The translations under genes were made by a program, and so were the position numbers. The notes under the pieces were generated by a model. That model saw only the letters and a list, made by a program, of their open reading frames with translations. It did no database searches and had not been told where the DNA came from. From contig JAGCOF010000007.1 in assembly GCA_017645585.1 (NCBI GenBank), positions 49 through 64,048 of the forward strand: a stretch of 64,000 bases of DNA, written 5' to 3'. Shown one piece after another: positions 46,685-54,193 of this stretch. This DNA is from Bacteroidales bacterium. Its GTDB lineage: Bacteria > Bacteroidota > Bacteroidia > Bacteroidales > P3. The number at the start of each line of letters is the position of its first letter. Positions within the stretch are counted from its first letter, which is position 1.

Positions 46685-47462
46685 ACAGCCCGTTGACTTT
46701 GAGCAGGTCGAGGCCCTCGGCATCTCGCGCGAAGCCTACGACGAGGTGCTCGACATCGTGGGGCGCATCCCCACCATGGAGGAACTCTCCACCCTGCTGG
46801 CCATGTGGGAAAGCAACGGCAAACAGCAGAGCCTCTACGGCTGGCTGCGCGGACAGAAACACACCGTGGAACGCGACGAATACCTCTACACCGGCAGCGC
46901 CGACCACCGCAGCATCCGTGAGCCCCGAGTCAAAGAGTGCCTCGAGATAGCAAAAAAACTCTGCAAGAATTCTCAATTCTCAACTCTCAATTCTCAATTC
47001 AGCACCGGATTACTGCTCTACATGGTCGGCAACGTCAGCACCGAATTCGCCGACAGCGAGTATGCGCGTCACTGCCTGCACCTGATTGACGGCGCCATGG
47101 CCACCGGCGGCCATGAGGAGGACTGCCAATACATTGAGATGATACTCGCCGCCCTGCAGGACAACGACCTGCTGCTCGGCAGCCTGCCCGTCGCCGAGGG
47201 TGGCCTCTTCTGCTCGCTGCTGCGCTTCACGGCTCCGTTGGGCTTCGACATTCTCTCGCCACGCGAGGTGCGCCTCGACGCCTTTCTCTTCGGCGAGGAG
47301 GCGGGCCGCTACCTCGTGGCGCTCCCCGAGGAGCAGGACGACTCCTTCCTTCTTAAGATGGACGAGGCCCGCCTCAACTGCTGCTTCCTCGGCCGCACCA
47401 CCAAGAACCGCCTCCTTGTCGACGGCTTTGACTTCGGCCCCGTCAGCAGTTACATATCATAA
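46677..47462 (+). CDS. PurL/AIR-synthase-related short protein (degenerate, likely non-catalytic)
   Basis: The N-terminus resembles the PurL linker (GISREAYDEVLDIVGRIPTMEELSTLLAMWES...) but lacks the SEHCSYK motif. The C-terminus resembles an AIRS_C lobe. Contains an in-frame heptanucleotide array. Confidence 0.5.
   Translation: MAEQPVDFEQVEALGISREAYDEVLDIVGRIPTMEELSTLLAMWESNGKQQSLYGWLRGQKHTVERDEYLYTGSADHRSIREPRVKECLEIAKKLCKNSQFSTLNSQFSTGLLLYMVGNVSTEFADSEYARHCLHLIDGAMATGGHEEDCQYIEMILAALQDNDLLLGSLPVAEGGLFCSLLRFTAPLGFDILSPREVRLDAFLFGEEAGRYLVALPEEQDDSFLLKMDEARLNCCFLGRTTKNRLLVDGFDFGPVSSYIS
46968..47000 (+). repeat. Heptanucleotide tandem array (AATTCTC)n, 4.7 units with 1 mismatch, inside the PurL-like CDS
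   Basis: aattctc aattctc aactctc aattctc aattc, encoding NSQFSTLNSQFS. Confidence 0.85.
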
Positions 47463-47464
47463 TA

Positions 47465-47496
47465 AAAGCAGCGCACCCGACTGGATGCGCTGCTTT
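47465..47496. terminator. Bidirectional terminator hairpin between the PurL-like gene (+) and rplS (-)
   Basis: AAAGCAGCGCA-cccgactgga-TGCGCTGCTTT perfect 11-bp stem. Confidence 0.6.
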
Positions 47497-47529
47497 AAAA
47501 TACCAAACCGTATCGCCAAAGTGAAACGA

Positions 47530-47883
47530 TTAGTGGCGTTTCTCTTTGATACGGGCTTTCTTACCGGTGAGGTCGCGCAGGTAGAAGATACGGGCACGGC
47601 GCACAGCACCACGCTTGTTGACGTCGATCTGCTCGATGAACGGGCTGGCAAAGGGGAAGATGCGCTCCACTCCGACGCCATTCGTGACCTTGCGGACAGT
47701 AAAGGTCTCAGTAGCTCCGCTTCCGCTGCGTTGCAGGACAACGCCCTGGAAGTTCTGGATTCTCTCTTTGTTACCTTCTTTAATTTTGTAATGGACAGTG
47801 ATGGTATCGCCAGCCTTGAACTCGGGGAACTCCTTGCGCTCGACAAGGGTCTCGACAAACTGCATTAATTCATTTTTTCCCAT
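47530..47883 (-). CDS. rplS: 50S ribosomal protein L19
   Basis: [28 protein letters not shown]...[16 protein letters not shown]. Confidence 0.9.
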   Translation of the reverse strand: MGKNELMQFVETLVERKEFPEFKAGDTITVHYKIKEGNKERIQNFQGVVLQRSGSGATETFTVRKVTNGVGVERIFPFASPFIEQIDVNKRGAVRRARIFYLRDLTGKKARIKEKRH

Positions 47884-47910
47884 GGCAAATAGATTCTTTA
47901 GGTGTTAGAC

Positions 47911-48258
47911 TTATTTCTTTACCATCTTGACAACAGCGGTGAAGGCCTCGGGATGGTTCATAGCGAGGTCGGCAAGCACCTTGCGGTTGAGCTCGATGTT
48001 GTTTTTGTGAAGTTCGCCCATAAAGACGGAGTACGAGATGCCGTTGATGCGGCAACCGGCGTTGATACGGTTGATCCACAGCGAGCGGAATTCGCGCTTT
48101 TTGTTCTTTCTGTCACGGTAGGCGTAGGTCTGACCTTTTTCCCATTTGTTCTTGGCAACGGTCCATACGTTTTTACCTCTGCCCCAATAACCTTTGGTGC
48201 GGTTGAGGATTTTCTTTCTGCGGGCTCTGGAAGCCACAGCATTGACTGATCTTGGCAT
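47911..48258 (-). CDS. rplT: 50S ribosomal protein L20
   Basis: [18 protein letters not shown]...[18 protein letters not shown]. Confidence 0.95.
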   Translation of the reverse strand: MPRSVNAVASRARRKKILNRTKGYWGRGKNVWTVAKNKWEKGQTYAYRDRKNKKREFRSLWINRINAGCRINGISYSVFMGELHKNNIELNRKVLADLAMNHPEAFTAVVKMVKK

Positions 48259-48352
48259 AGTTTAATTGTTTTTTCGTTCAGGCGGCAACACGGTGCCTTG
48301 TGGTTCTAACCTGCTGCTCTTGTCAGCGCTGAACAATGGTTAATAACTCCGT

Positions 48353-48547
48353 TTACGCTAAAAGCATACGTTTTACACGGGCCTCGTCGTCACGGCTCAC
48401 GAGAGTGGTGTGGTCGAGGTTGCGCTTCTGGGTCGTCTCCTTCTTGGTGAGGATGTGACTGTGGTAAGCATGCTTTCTCTTGATCTTGCCGGTGCCGGTG
48501 AAGGTGAAACGCTTCTTGGCAGCGGCCTTGGTTTTCATTCTTGGCAT
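48353..48547 (-). CDS. rpmI: 50S ribosomal protein L35
   Basis: [36 protein letters not shown]. Confidence 0.9.
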   Translation of the reverse strand: MPRMKTKAAAKKRFTFTGTGKIKRKHAYHSHILTKKETTQKRNLDHTTLVSRDDEARVKRMLLA

Positions 48548-48600
48548 TACTTTACTGTTTTTTAAGTTAGACTATATTGATACGGTTTGGACTTTTTCTG

Positions 48601-49116
48601 TTATTGTTTCTTCGGGGCAATAATCATGAGCATGCGCTTGCCCTCGAGGCGGGGCATCTGCTCGGGCTTGCCGTATTCGAGGAGAGCCTCGGCGAATTTC
48701 AGCAGCTGCTGCTCACCCTGCTCCTTGTAGACAATCGAGCGCCCACGGAAGAAAACGTCGACCTTCACCTTGTTGCCTTCTTTGAGGAAGCGGATGGCGT
48801 GATTGAGCTTGAACTCGAAGTCGTGGTCGTCGGTCTGCGGGCTGAGGCGTATCTCCTTGATGACGATTTTCTGCGAGTTGGCCTTGCGCTCCTTCTCTCG
48901 CTTCTTCTGCTCGTAGAGGAACTTCTGGTACTCGATAATCTTGCACACCGGCGGATTGGCGTTGGGCGAAATCATGACCAGGTCGAGGCCGTCGTTGTAG
49001 GCACGGCGCAGGGCCTCTTTGGTGTTCATGATGGTGGGCTCCATACCCTCGCCTACCACGCGGACCATCGGCGAGTCGATGCGCTCGTTGATCAGGTGTT
49101 CAGGCTCTTTTTTCAT
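48601..49116 (-). CDS. infC: Translation initiation factor IF-3
   Basis: INERIDSPMVRVVGEG...PPVCKIIEYQKFLYEQKK... The start could instead be the in-frame ATG at 49137. Confidence 0.9.
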   Translation of the reverse strand: MKKEPEHLINERIDSPMVRVVGEGMEPTIMNTKEALRRAYNDGLDLVMISPNANPPVCKIIEYQKFLYEQKKREKERKANSQKIVIKEIRLSPQTDDHDFEFKLNHAIRFLKEGNKVKVDVFFRGRSIVYKEQGEQQLLKFAEALLEYGKPEQMPRLEGKRMLMIIAPKKQ

Positions 49117-49264
49117 TGGGCCGCGTCCCCTCTGCATGTTGCTGTTCTGGGGTGCAATGGGTTTGAAAGGTGCTGCTATAACTTGGTTCTCCTATTTTAA
49201 ATTATCAGCTTAACTGTTTGATTTCTATACTTTAAATTGCTATTTTACAGACAAAATCGGACGG

Positions 49265-49272
49265 CAAAAATA
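49265..49272 (-). promoter_or_regulatory. -7 box TATTTTTG between thrS and infC
   Basis: Lies 33 nt downstream of the thrS stop and ~130-150 nt upstream of the infC start candidates. Confidence 0.45.
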
Positions 49273-49305
49273 CAACTTTTTTATCTATTGGCAAAAAAAT
49301 TGTTT

Positions 49306-51249
49306 CTACCCGCGCGGCGCGAGGGCTTTGGTGTCAATGTCTTCACGTATCTCTGCGATGAACTCCGACAGCTTGGCAGCGCCTTTGTCGCCCGCCTTGC
49401 GATTCCACACCGAGACGAGACCCTCGTCGGTTTCTTTCTGGCCGACAATCAGAGCGTAGGGGATGCGTTGCAGACGCAGGTCGCGCAGCTTGTAGCCAAT
49501 CTTCTCGGAGCGCTCGTCAACGGTAGAACGGATACCGGCCTTCACCAACTCGGCGTTGACGGCGTTGGCGTAGTCGAGGAACTTCTCCGAGATGGGGAGC
49601 ACACGTACCTGCTCGGGACAGAGCCAGGTGGGGAAGGCACCTTCATACTTCTCAATCATCCATGCCAGCGTACGCTCGTAGCAGCCCAAGCTGGTGCGGT
49701 GGATAACATTCGGGCGCACCTTGTTGCCGTTCTGATCGATGTAGAACATGTCGTAGCGCGGCGCCAACAGAGCATCCCACTGCACGGTGATCATGGTGTC
49801 TTCCTTGCCGTAGACGTTCTTGGCGTTGATGTCCACCTTGGGTCCATAGAAGGCTGCCTCGTCGTCGTCCTCCACGAAAGGTATCTCAAGCTCGTTGAGA
49901 ATATTGCGGATATGCTGCTGACTGTCTTCCCACTCCTCGGCAGTGCCGATATATTTCTTCGTGTTGTTGGGGTCCCACTTGGAGAGGTGGTAGGTCACGT
50001 CGTCCTGCAGACCCAGCGTCGTCAGGCAGTACTTGGCCAGCGCAAGGCACTTCTTGAACTCCTCGACCATCTGGTCGGGGCGCACAATGAGGTGGCCTTC
50101 CGAGATGGTGAACTGGCGCACACGCGTCAGGCCATGCATCTCGCCCGAGTCCTCGTTGCGGAAGAGCGTCGAGGTCTCGCTATAGCGCTTCGGCAGGTCG
50201 CGGTACGACTTGGGCGAAGCCTTGTAGACGAAGTATTGGAACGGGCAGGTCATGGGGCGCAGAGCCAACACCTCGGGATCTTCGGGATCGCCGATGACGA
50301 ACATGCCGTCGCGGTAGTGCTGCCAATGGCCGGAAATCTCGTAAAGGTCTTTCTTGGCCATGAAGGGCGTCTTGGTACGGATGTACCCCCACTCGTTGTC
50401 CTCCAGGTCCTCAATCCAACGCTGCAACGTCTGGACAATCTTGGCGCCCTTGGGCAGCAACAGCGGCAGACCCTGGCCGATGACGTCAACCACAGTGAAG
50501 AGCTCCAACTCGCGACCCAGCTTGTTGTGGTCGCGGTTCTTGATGTTCTCCAAGTATTCCATGTGAGCCTCGAGGTCCTCCTTGCTGAAGAAGGCCACGC
50601 CGAAGATGCGGGTCAGCGACTTGCCGTTGCGGTCGCCGCGCCAATAGGTGTTCGAGTTGGCAATCAGCTTGAAGCCCTTGATGAGGCGAGTGTTCAGCAG
50701 GTGGGGACCGGAGCAGAGGTCGACAAAGTCGTCCTGGCTGTAGATGGTGATGCGGGCATCGGGGGCGATGGCATCAAGCAGCTCGAGCTTGTAGGGCTCG
50801 TTCTTCTCCTCGAAAATCTTGCGGGCCTCGTCGCGCGACACAATCTTGCGCTCCAGGCGGGTGGCTTTCTTGATGATGGACTTCATCTCCTTCTCGATGG
50901 CGTCGAGGTCCTCGCGGTTGAAAGGACGGAAATCGAAGTCATAGAAGAACCCTTTGTCGGTCGAGGGGCCGATGGTGAGCTTGGCCTCGGGATAGAGGTG
51001 TTTCACGGCCTCGGCCATGATATGGGCGGTGGTATGACGCAGGATGGGCAGCGACTCGGGAGCGTTCTTGTCGAGCAGTTCAATCTCGCAATCCTCCTCA
51101 ATCACGTCACGCAAATCCACCACGTTGCCGTTGATCTTGGCAGCGCAATAGTTGTTCAATTCCTCGGGCTTCAGCTTCAAAATCATGTCGATAATGGAGC
51201 TGGGAGAGGCCTCTTGAACCATACCTAACTGTTTAATATTCACATTCAT
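49306..51249 (-). CDS. thrS: Threonine--tRNA ligase
   Basis: TGS, editing and class II core motifs (HRTSLGCYERT, FPTWLCPEQVRVLPI). ATG 51249 was chosen because a -7 box lies at 51293-51300. Confidence 0.95.
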   Translation of the reverse strand: MNVNIKQLGMVQEASPSSIIDMILKLKPEELNNYCAAKINGNVVDLRDVIEEDCEIELLDKNAPESLPILRHTTAHIMAEAVKHLYPEAKLTIGPSTDKGFFYDFDFRPFNREDLDAIEKEMKSIIKKATRLERKIVSRDEARKIFEEKNEPYKLELLDAIAPDARITIYSQDDFVDLCSGPHLLNTRLIKGFKLIANSNTYWRGDRNGKSLTRIFGVAFFSKEDLEAHMEYLENIKNRDHNKLGRELELFTVVDVIGQGLPLLLPKGAKIVQTLQRWIEDLEDNEWGYIRTKTPFMAKKDLYEISGHWQHYRDGMFVIGDPEDPEVLALRPMTCPFQYFVYKASPKSYRDLPKRYSETSTLFRNEDSGEMHGLTRVRQFTISEGHLIVRPDQMVEEFKKCLALAKYCLTTLGLQDDVTYHLSKWDPNNTKKYIGTAEEWEDSQQHIRNILNELEIPFVEDDDEAAFYGPKVDINAKNVYGKEDTMITVQWDALLAPRYDMFYIDQNGNKVRPNVIHRTSLGCYERTLAWMIEKYEGAFPTWLCPEQVRVLPISEKFLDYANAVNAELVKAGIRSTVDERSEKIGYKLRDLRLQRIPYALIVGQKETDEGLVSVWNRKAGDKGAAKLSEFIAEIREDIDTKALAPRG

Positions 51250-51292
51250 AATATAGCGATATATCAGTTGTTTTTCAATCCAAATCGAACTG

Positions 51293-51300
51293 CAAAGATA
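51293..51300 (-). promoter_or_regulatory. -7 box TATCTTTG upstream of thrS
   Basis: 43 nt before ATG 51249. Confidence 0.55.
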
Positions 51301-51408
51301 CACTTTTTTTATAATATAAATGAAAAATAATCATTTTTGTCACAATATCAAACAGCTATGGAACAGCCCCTGAAGGGTAATGCCTGACACCGCCACTTCT
51401 TCAACCCA

Positions 51409-51473
51409 TCAACAGCAGTTCTTCAACAGTTCTTCAAGAAAATGTTGAAGAACTGTTGAAGAACTGCTGTTGA
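51409..51473. repeat. 29-bp perfect inverted repeat with a 7-nt loop
   Basis: TCAACAGCAGTTCTTCAACAGTTCTTCAA-gaaaatg-TTGAAGAACTGTTGAAGAACTGCTGTTGA. Each arm contains a direct 11-mer duplication (CAGTTCTTCAA x2). Confidence 0.85.
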
Positions 51474-51502
51474 ACAAATGAAGAAGAGTAGGAGTCAACA
51501 CC

Positions 51503-51546
51503 GTCTGTTCAACGGTACTTCAATGGTACTTCAACGGTATTTCAAC
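51503..51546. repeat. 11-bp tandem array ending in TTCAA(C/T) (ctgttcaac ggtacttcaat ggtacttcaac ggtatttcaac)
   Basis: Read directly. It is embedded in nested stems AACGGTACTT (51511-51520)/AAGTACCGTT (51561-51570) and AACACCGTC (51497-51505)/GACGGTGTT (51587-51595). Confidence 0.75.
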
Positions 51547-51594
51547 GCTTTTTTCCGTTAAAGTACCGTTAAACTGTCGAGGGGCGGACGGTGT

Positions 51595-53418
51595 TCAGAG
51601 GGTCTTGAGCAGGTCGGCGGCCTGCTGATGACCGGCATCGGCGGCCACCTGCAGCCAGCGGCGGGCCTCTTTCTTGTTTTTCTTGACACCCTCGCCGTTA
51701 AGGTAGAGCTGTCCGAGGACATAGCAACTCTGCACGTCGCCCGCTTCGGCGGCGCGTTGGAACCACTCGGCAGCCTGCTGCATGTCGTACTCGACATAGA
51801 GACCTTGCGCGTAGCAGTCGGCCAACAGGCGCATGCCCCAGGCCGAACCGCGTTCGGCGGCCTCGCTGTAGCAGGCATAGGCTCGGCGGAGGTCCTTGTC
51901 GGTGCCCTCGGCCAACTCGTGGCAGAGGCCCACACGGCAGAGGGCGTCGAGGTTGCCCTGGTCGGCGGCCATGCGGTAGAGTTCGAAGGCGCGCTGCGGA
52001 TTGCGCGGTGCCGTGCGACCCTGGCGGTAGCTGCCGGCCAGGAGCATCATGGCGCGTGTGGAGCCGGCAGCGGCAGCGCGCTCATACCACTCCACGGCCT
52101 TGACGGTGTCTTGCGGCACAACCGTGCTGTTGACATAGAACTGTCCGAGGCCCATCATAGCGCTGGTGTTGCCCATCGAGGCGGCGGTGTCCATATAGCG
52201 GAAAGCCAACTGCTCATCCTTCGGCATGCCGACGCCGTTGCGGCTGGCGAGACCCAGCAGGTAACGAGACTGACCCGACGGGTCGAGGGGTGCTGTCTGA
52301 CGCAGGATTTCCACGGCCTGCTCGGGGTTGCGCTCCACGCCGTTGCCGGCAAACAGGGCCTGGGCATAGAGCACAGCAGCGTCGACCGAGCCATGGTTGA
52401 TGGCCGATTGGAGGAAGCCCATGGCGTTGTCGTAGGCTCCTCTTTCATAGAGGTAGGCTCCCATCATGTAATCGCCTCGCGGGTCGTCGCCCTGCGAAGC
52501 CAGCTGGTAGAGCATCAAGGCGGTGTCGCCGTCGGGTTTGACGCCGGCACGACCATAGTTGTAGAAATCGCCCAGCACACCGGCAGCGGCGGCCGAGCCG
52601 GCATCGACGGCATCCTGCAGATAGGGGATGGCCTTGAGGCTGTCCATACGGGTGCCGATGCCCTGCAGGTAGCACACAGCCACGGCGAAGAGGCCGTTGG
52701 CGTTGTCCTCGCCCACGGCAGCGGCCTGCTGGTAGAGGAGGAATGCGCGTGTGGAGTCGGGGGTGAGGTTGGTGAGGCCGTGGCGGTAGTAGTCGCCCAA
52801 GTAGGCATAGCCGTCGCTGAGGCCTGCAGCACCGGCGCGTTCAAGGTAGCGCATGGCCTCCAAGCTGTCTTTGGGCACGCCGCTGCCGGTCTCATAGTAG
52901 CCGGCCATGGCGAAAAGGGCATAGGGGTCTTCCTTGGCAACCAGACGGTTGAGCATAAAGATAGCGCTGTCGTAGTTCTGCTCCACATAGGGGGCGGCAC
53001 CGGCATCGAAGAGACGTGCCATGACGTAGATGGCGTCGCGATAGTCCTCGCGTTCGGCACTACGCACCAGGTCGAGGCCGTGCATCATGTCGGCATCGGT
53101 TTGCTTACCAAGGCTGCCCACCAGGTAGAGGCTGCCGAGCGAGAAGCGTCCTTCGGCGTCACCTGCTTGGGTGTAGTACTTGGCGGCAGCCTTGTAGTCC
53201 TCCTGTTCGTTGTAGTAGTCGCCCAGATAGTTGCAGCACTTGGCCGAACCCAACTTGGCGCCCTTCTTGAGGAGCGCCACGGCGCCCTTGTCGTCGCCGT
53301 TGTCGAAACGGACAGAAGCACGTTCGGCGTAAATGTCGGGATTTTCTGTTTCTCCACCCTTCTGTGCAAAGCTTGCAAAGGGCATTACAAACAACAAAAC
53401 GAGGATTATCTTCTTCAT
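51595..53418 (-). CDS. Sel1-like (SLR/TPR) repeat protein, secreted
   Basis: Signal peptide MKKIILVLLFVMPFASFAQ followed by more than 12 Sel1-type repeats (A..W..KAA.QG...A...LG..Y..G.GV). Confidence 0.8.
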   Translation of the reverse strand: MKKIILVLLFVMPFASFAQKGGETENPDIYAERASVRFDNGDDKGAVALLKKGAKLGSAKCCNYLGDYYNEQEDYKAAAKYYTQAGDAEGRFSLGSLYLVGSLGKQTDADMMHGLDLVRSAEREDYRDAIYVMARLFDAGAAPYVEQNYDSAIFMLNRLVAKEDPYALFAMAGYYETGSGVPKDSLEAMRYLERAGAAGLSDGYAYLGDYYRHGLTNLTPDSTRAFLLYQQAAAVGEDNANGLFAVAVCYLQGIGTRMDSLKAIPYLQDAVDAGSAAAAGVLGDFYNYGRAGVKPDGDTALMLYQLASQGDDPRGDYMMGAYLYERGAYDNAMGFLQSAINHGSVDAAVLYAQALFAGNGVERNPEQAVEILRQTAPLDPSGQSRYLLGLASRNGVGMPKDEQLAFRYMDTAASMGNTSAMMGLGQFYVNSTVVPQDTVKAVEWYERAAAAGSTRAMMLLAGSYRQGRTAPRNPQRAFELYRMAADQGNLDALCRVGLCHELAEGTDKDLRRAYACYSEAAERGSAWGMRLLADCYAQGLYVEYDMQQAAEWFQRAAEAGDVQSCYVLGQLYLNGEGVKKNKKEARRWLQVAADAGHQQAADLLKTL

Positions 53419-53458
53419 AACATATATATATTTCAACGGGTTATACAAATCACTATTT

Positions 53459-54193
53459 TTAGGTATTGTGGGGTCCCGGAAAGGGGCGTACTTTTGCAAC
53501 CGTTTTAGGATTAATATGGCATAGAGGTCGCCCAGGTACAGCGACCTCTTTGTTTATTATGTAGAGACGACAAACGCCGAAGGTGAGCCGCTGCTGGCAG
53601 CAACTGAGAATTGAGAATTGAGAATTGAGAATTACTTTTAGGAAGTCGTCACCTTTTGGGAAGCGTTCTATACTTTCGGGCAGGTAGATATAGGCTTCGC
53701 GGTTGCCAGCGATACGGCTACCGAGCCAGGGAATGATGTGCTTGGTATAGAAATTGTAAAAGGGTCTTATTATCGGGCTGTCGGGCGTAGCCAGCTCAAG
53801 TATCACCATCGTGCCACCAGGCTTCAACACCCGCAGCATCTCGCTCAATCCCTGCTCCAGGTGCACGAAATTGCGCACGCCGAAAGCACAGGTCACGGCG
53901 TCGAAAGTATTATCCTCAAACGGCAGACTCTCCACATCGGCCAGCATTAATCTTTCTCCTTTCACCTTTAACCTGGCTATGTCCAGCATCTCCTCGCTGA
54001 TGTCCACGCCTGTCACACTGCAGCCCTGCTTCATCAACTCCACCATCATATCGCCGGTACCGCAGGCGACATCCAGCACATTGCCGTGCAAACCCTTCAC
54101 AGCGCGTTTCCGCCAGCAACGGTCGAGACCGAATGTCATGATGCGGTTGAGACGGTCATAGGTGCAGGCTATAGTGCTGAAGTCGTATGCCAT
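53459..54193 (-). CDS. menG: Demethylmenaquinone methyltransferase (UbiE/MenG)
   Basis: YDRLNRIMTFGLDRCWRK and VLDVACGTGD SAM motifs, with LTFGVCRLY near the C-terminus. The ORF then runs ~30 aa past the family's usual end. Contains a heptanucleotide array. Confidence 0.85.
   Translation of the reverse strand: MAYDFSTIACTYDRLNRIMTFGLDRCWRKRAVKGLHGNVLDVACGTGDMMVELMKQGCSVTGVDISEEMLDIARLKVKGERLMLADVESLPFEDNTFDAVTCAFGVRNFVHLEQGLSEMLRVLKPGGTMVILELATPDSPIIRPFYNFYTKHIIPWLGSRIAGNREAYIYLPESIERFPKGDDFLKVILNSQFSILSCCQQRLTFGVCRLYIINKEVAVPGRPLCHINPKTVAKVRPFPGPHNT
53523..53549. terminator. Hairpin AGAGGTCGC-ccaggtaca-GCGACCTCT at the expected 3' end of menG
   Basis: 9-bp perfect stem, with a T-rich run (ttgtttatt) on the plus-strand side. 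It lies inside the extended menG ORF tail. Confidence 0.45.
53606..53633 (-). repeat. Heptanucleotide tandem array (AATTCTC)x4 perfect on the coding strand of menG
   Basis: Plus strand gagaatt x4, encoding ILNSQFSIL. Confidence 0.85.

Noticed and set aside
49237-51228. Very long ORFs antisense to real genes. Examples are 663 aa opposite thrS, 626 aa at 51628-53508 opposite the Sel1 gene, and 704 aa at 54948-57062 opposite aspS. Others are 488 aa at 42089-43555 opposite mutB, 448 aa at 14496-15842 opposite miaB, 454 aa at 4581-5945 opposite gldK, 546 aa at 11830-13470 and 367 aa at 37045-38148 opposite ruvB.
   Set aside because: Their translations are low-complexity and family-less, while the sense-strand products match well-known families. 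For thrS I checked that the antisense ORF is in exact codon register with the sense frame (both codon starts are congruent to 1 mod 3). In that register, antisense stops require the sense codons TTA, CTA or TCA, which GC3-rich genes avoid. Open antisense frames are therefore an expected artefact.
51250-51594. thrS 5' leader regulatory RNA (T-box-like, or an operator mimicking tRNA-Thr).
   Set aside because: The consensus -7 box at 51293-51300 places the likely TSS ~35 nt from the ATG. The hairpins and repeat arrays therefore lie upstream of the promoter, not in the leader. I also see no T-box specifier or T-box motif. I report them instead as a terminator/insulator or a binding array.
53487-53494. 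Plus-strand TACTTTTG promoter-like box with no plus-strand gene downstream.
   Set aside because: There is no ORF or recognisable RNA gene downstream. It may be a chance match in AT-richer spacer DNA. I mention it only as a speculative antisense start in the menG 3'-end finding.
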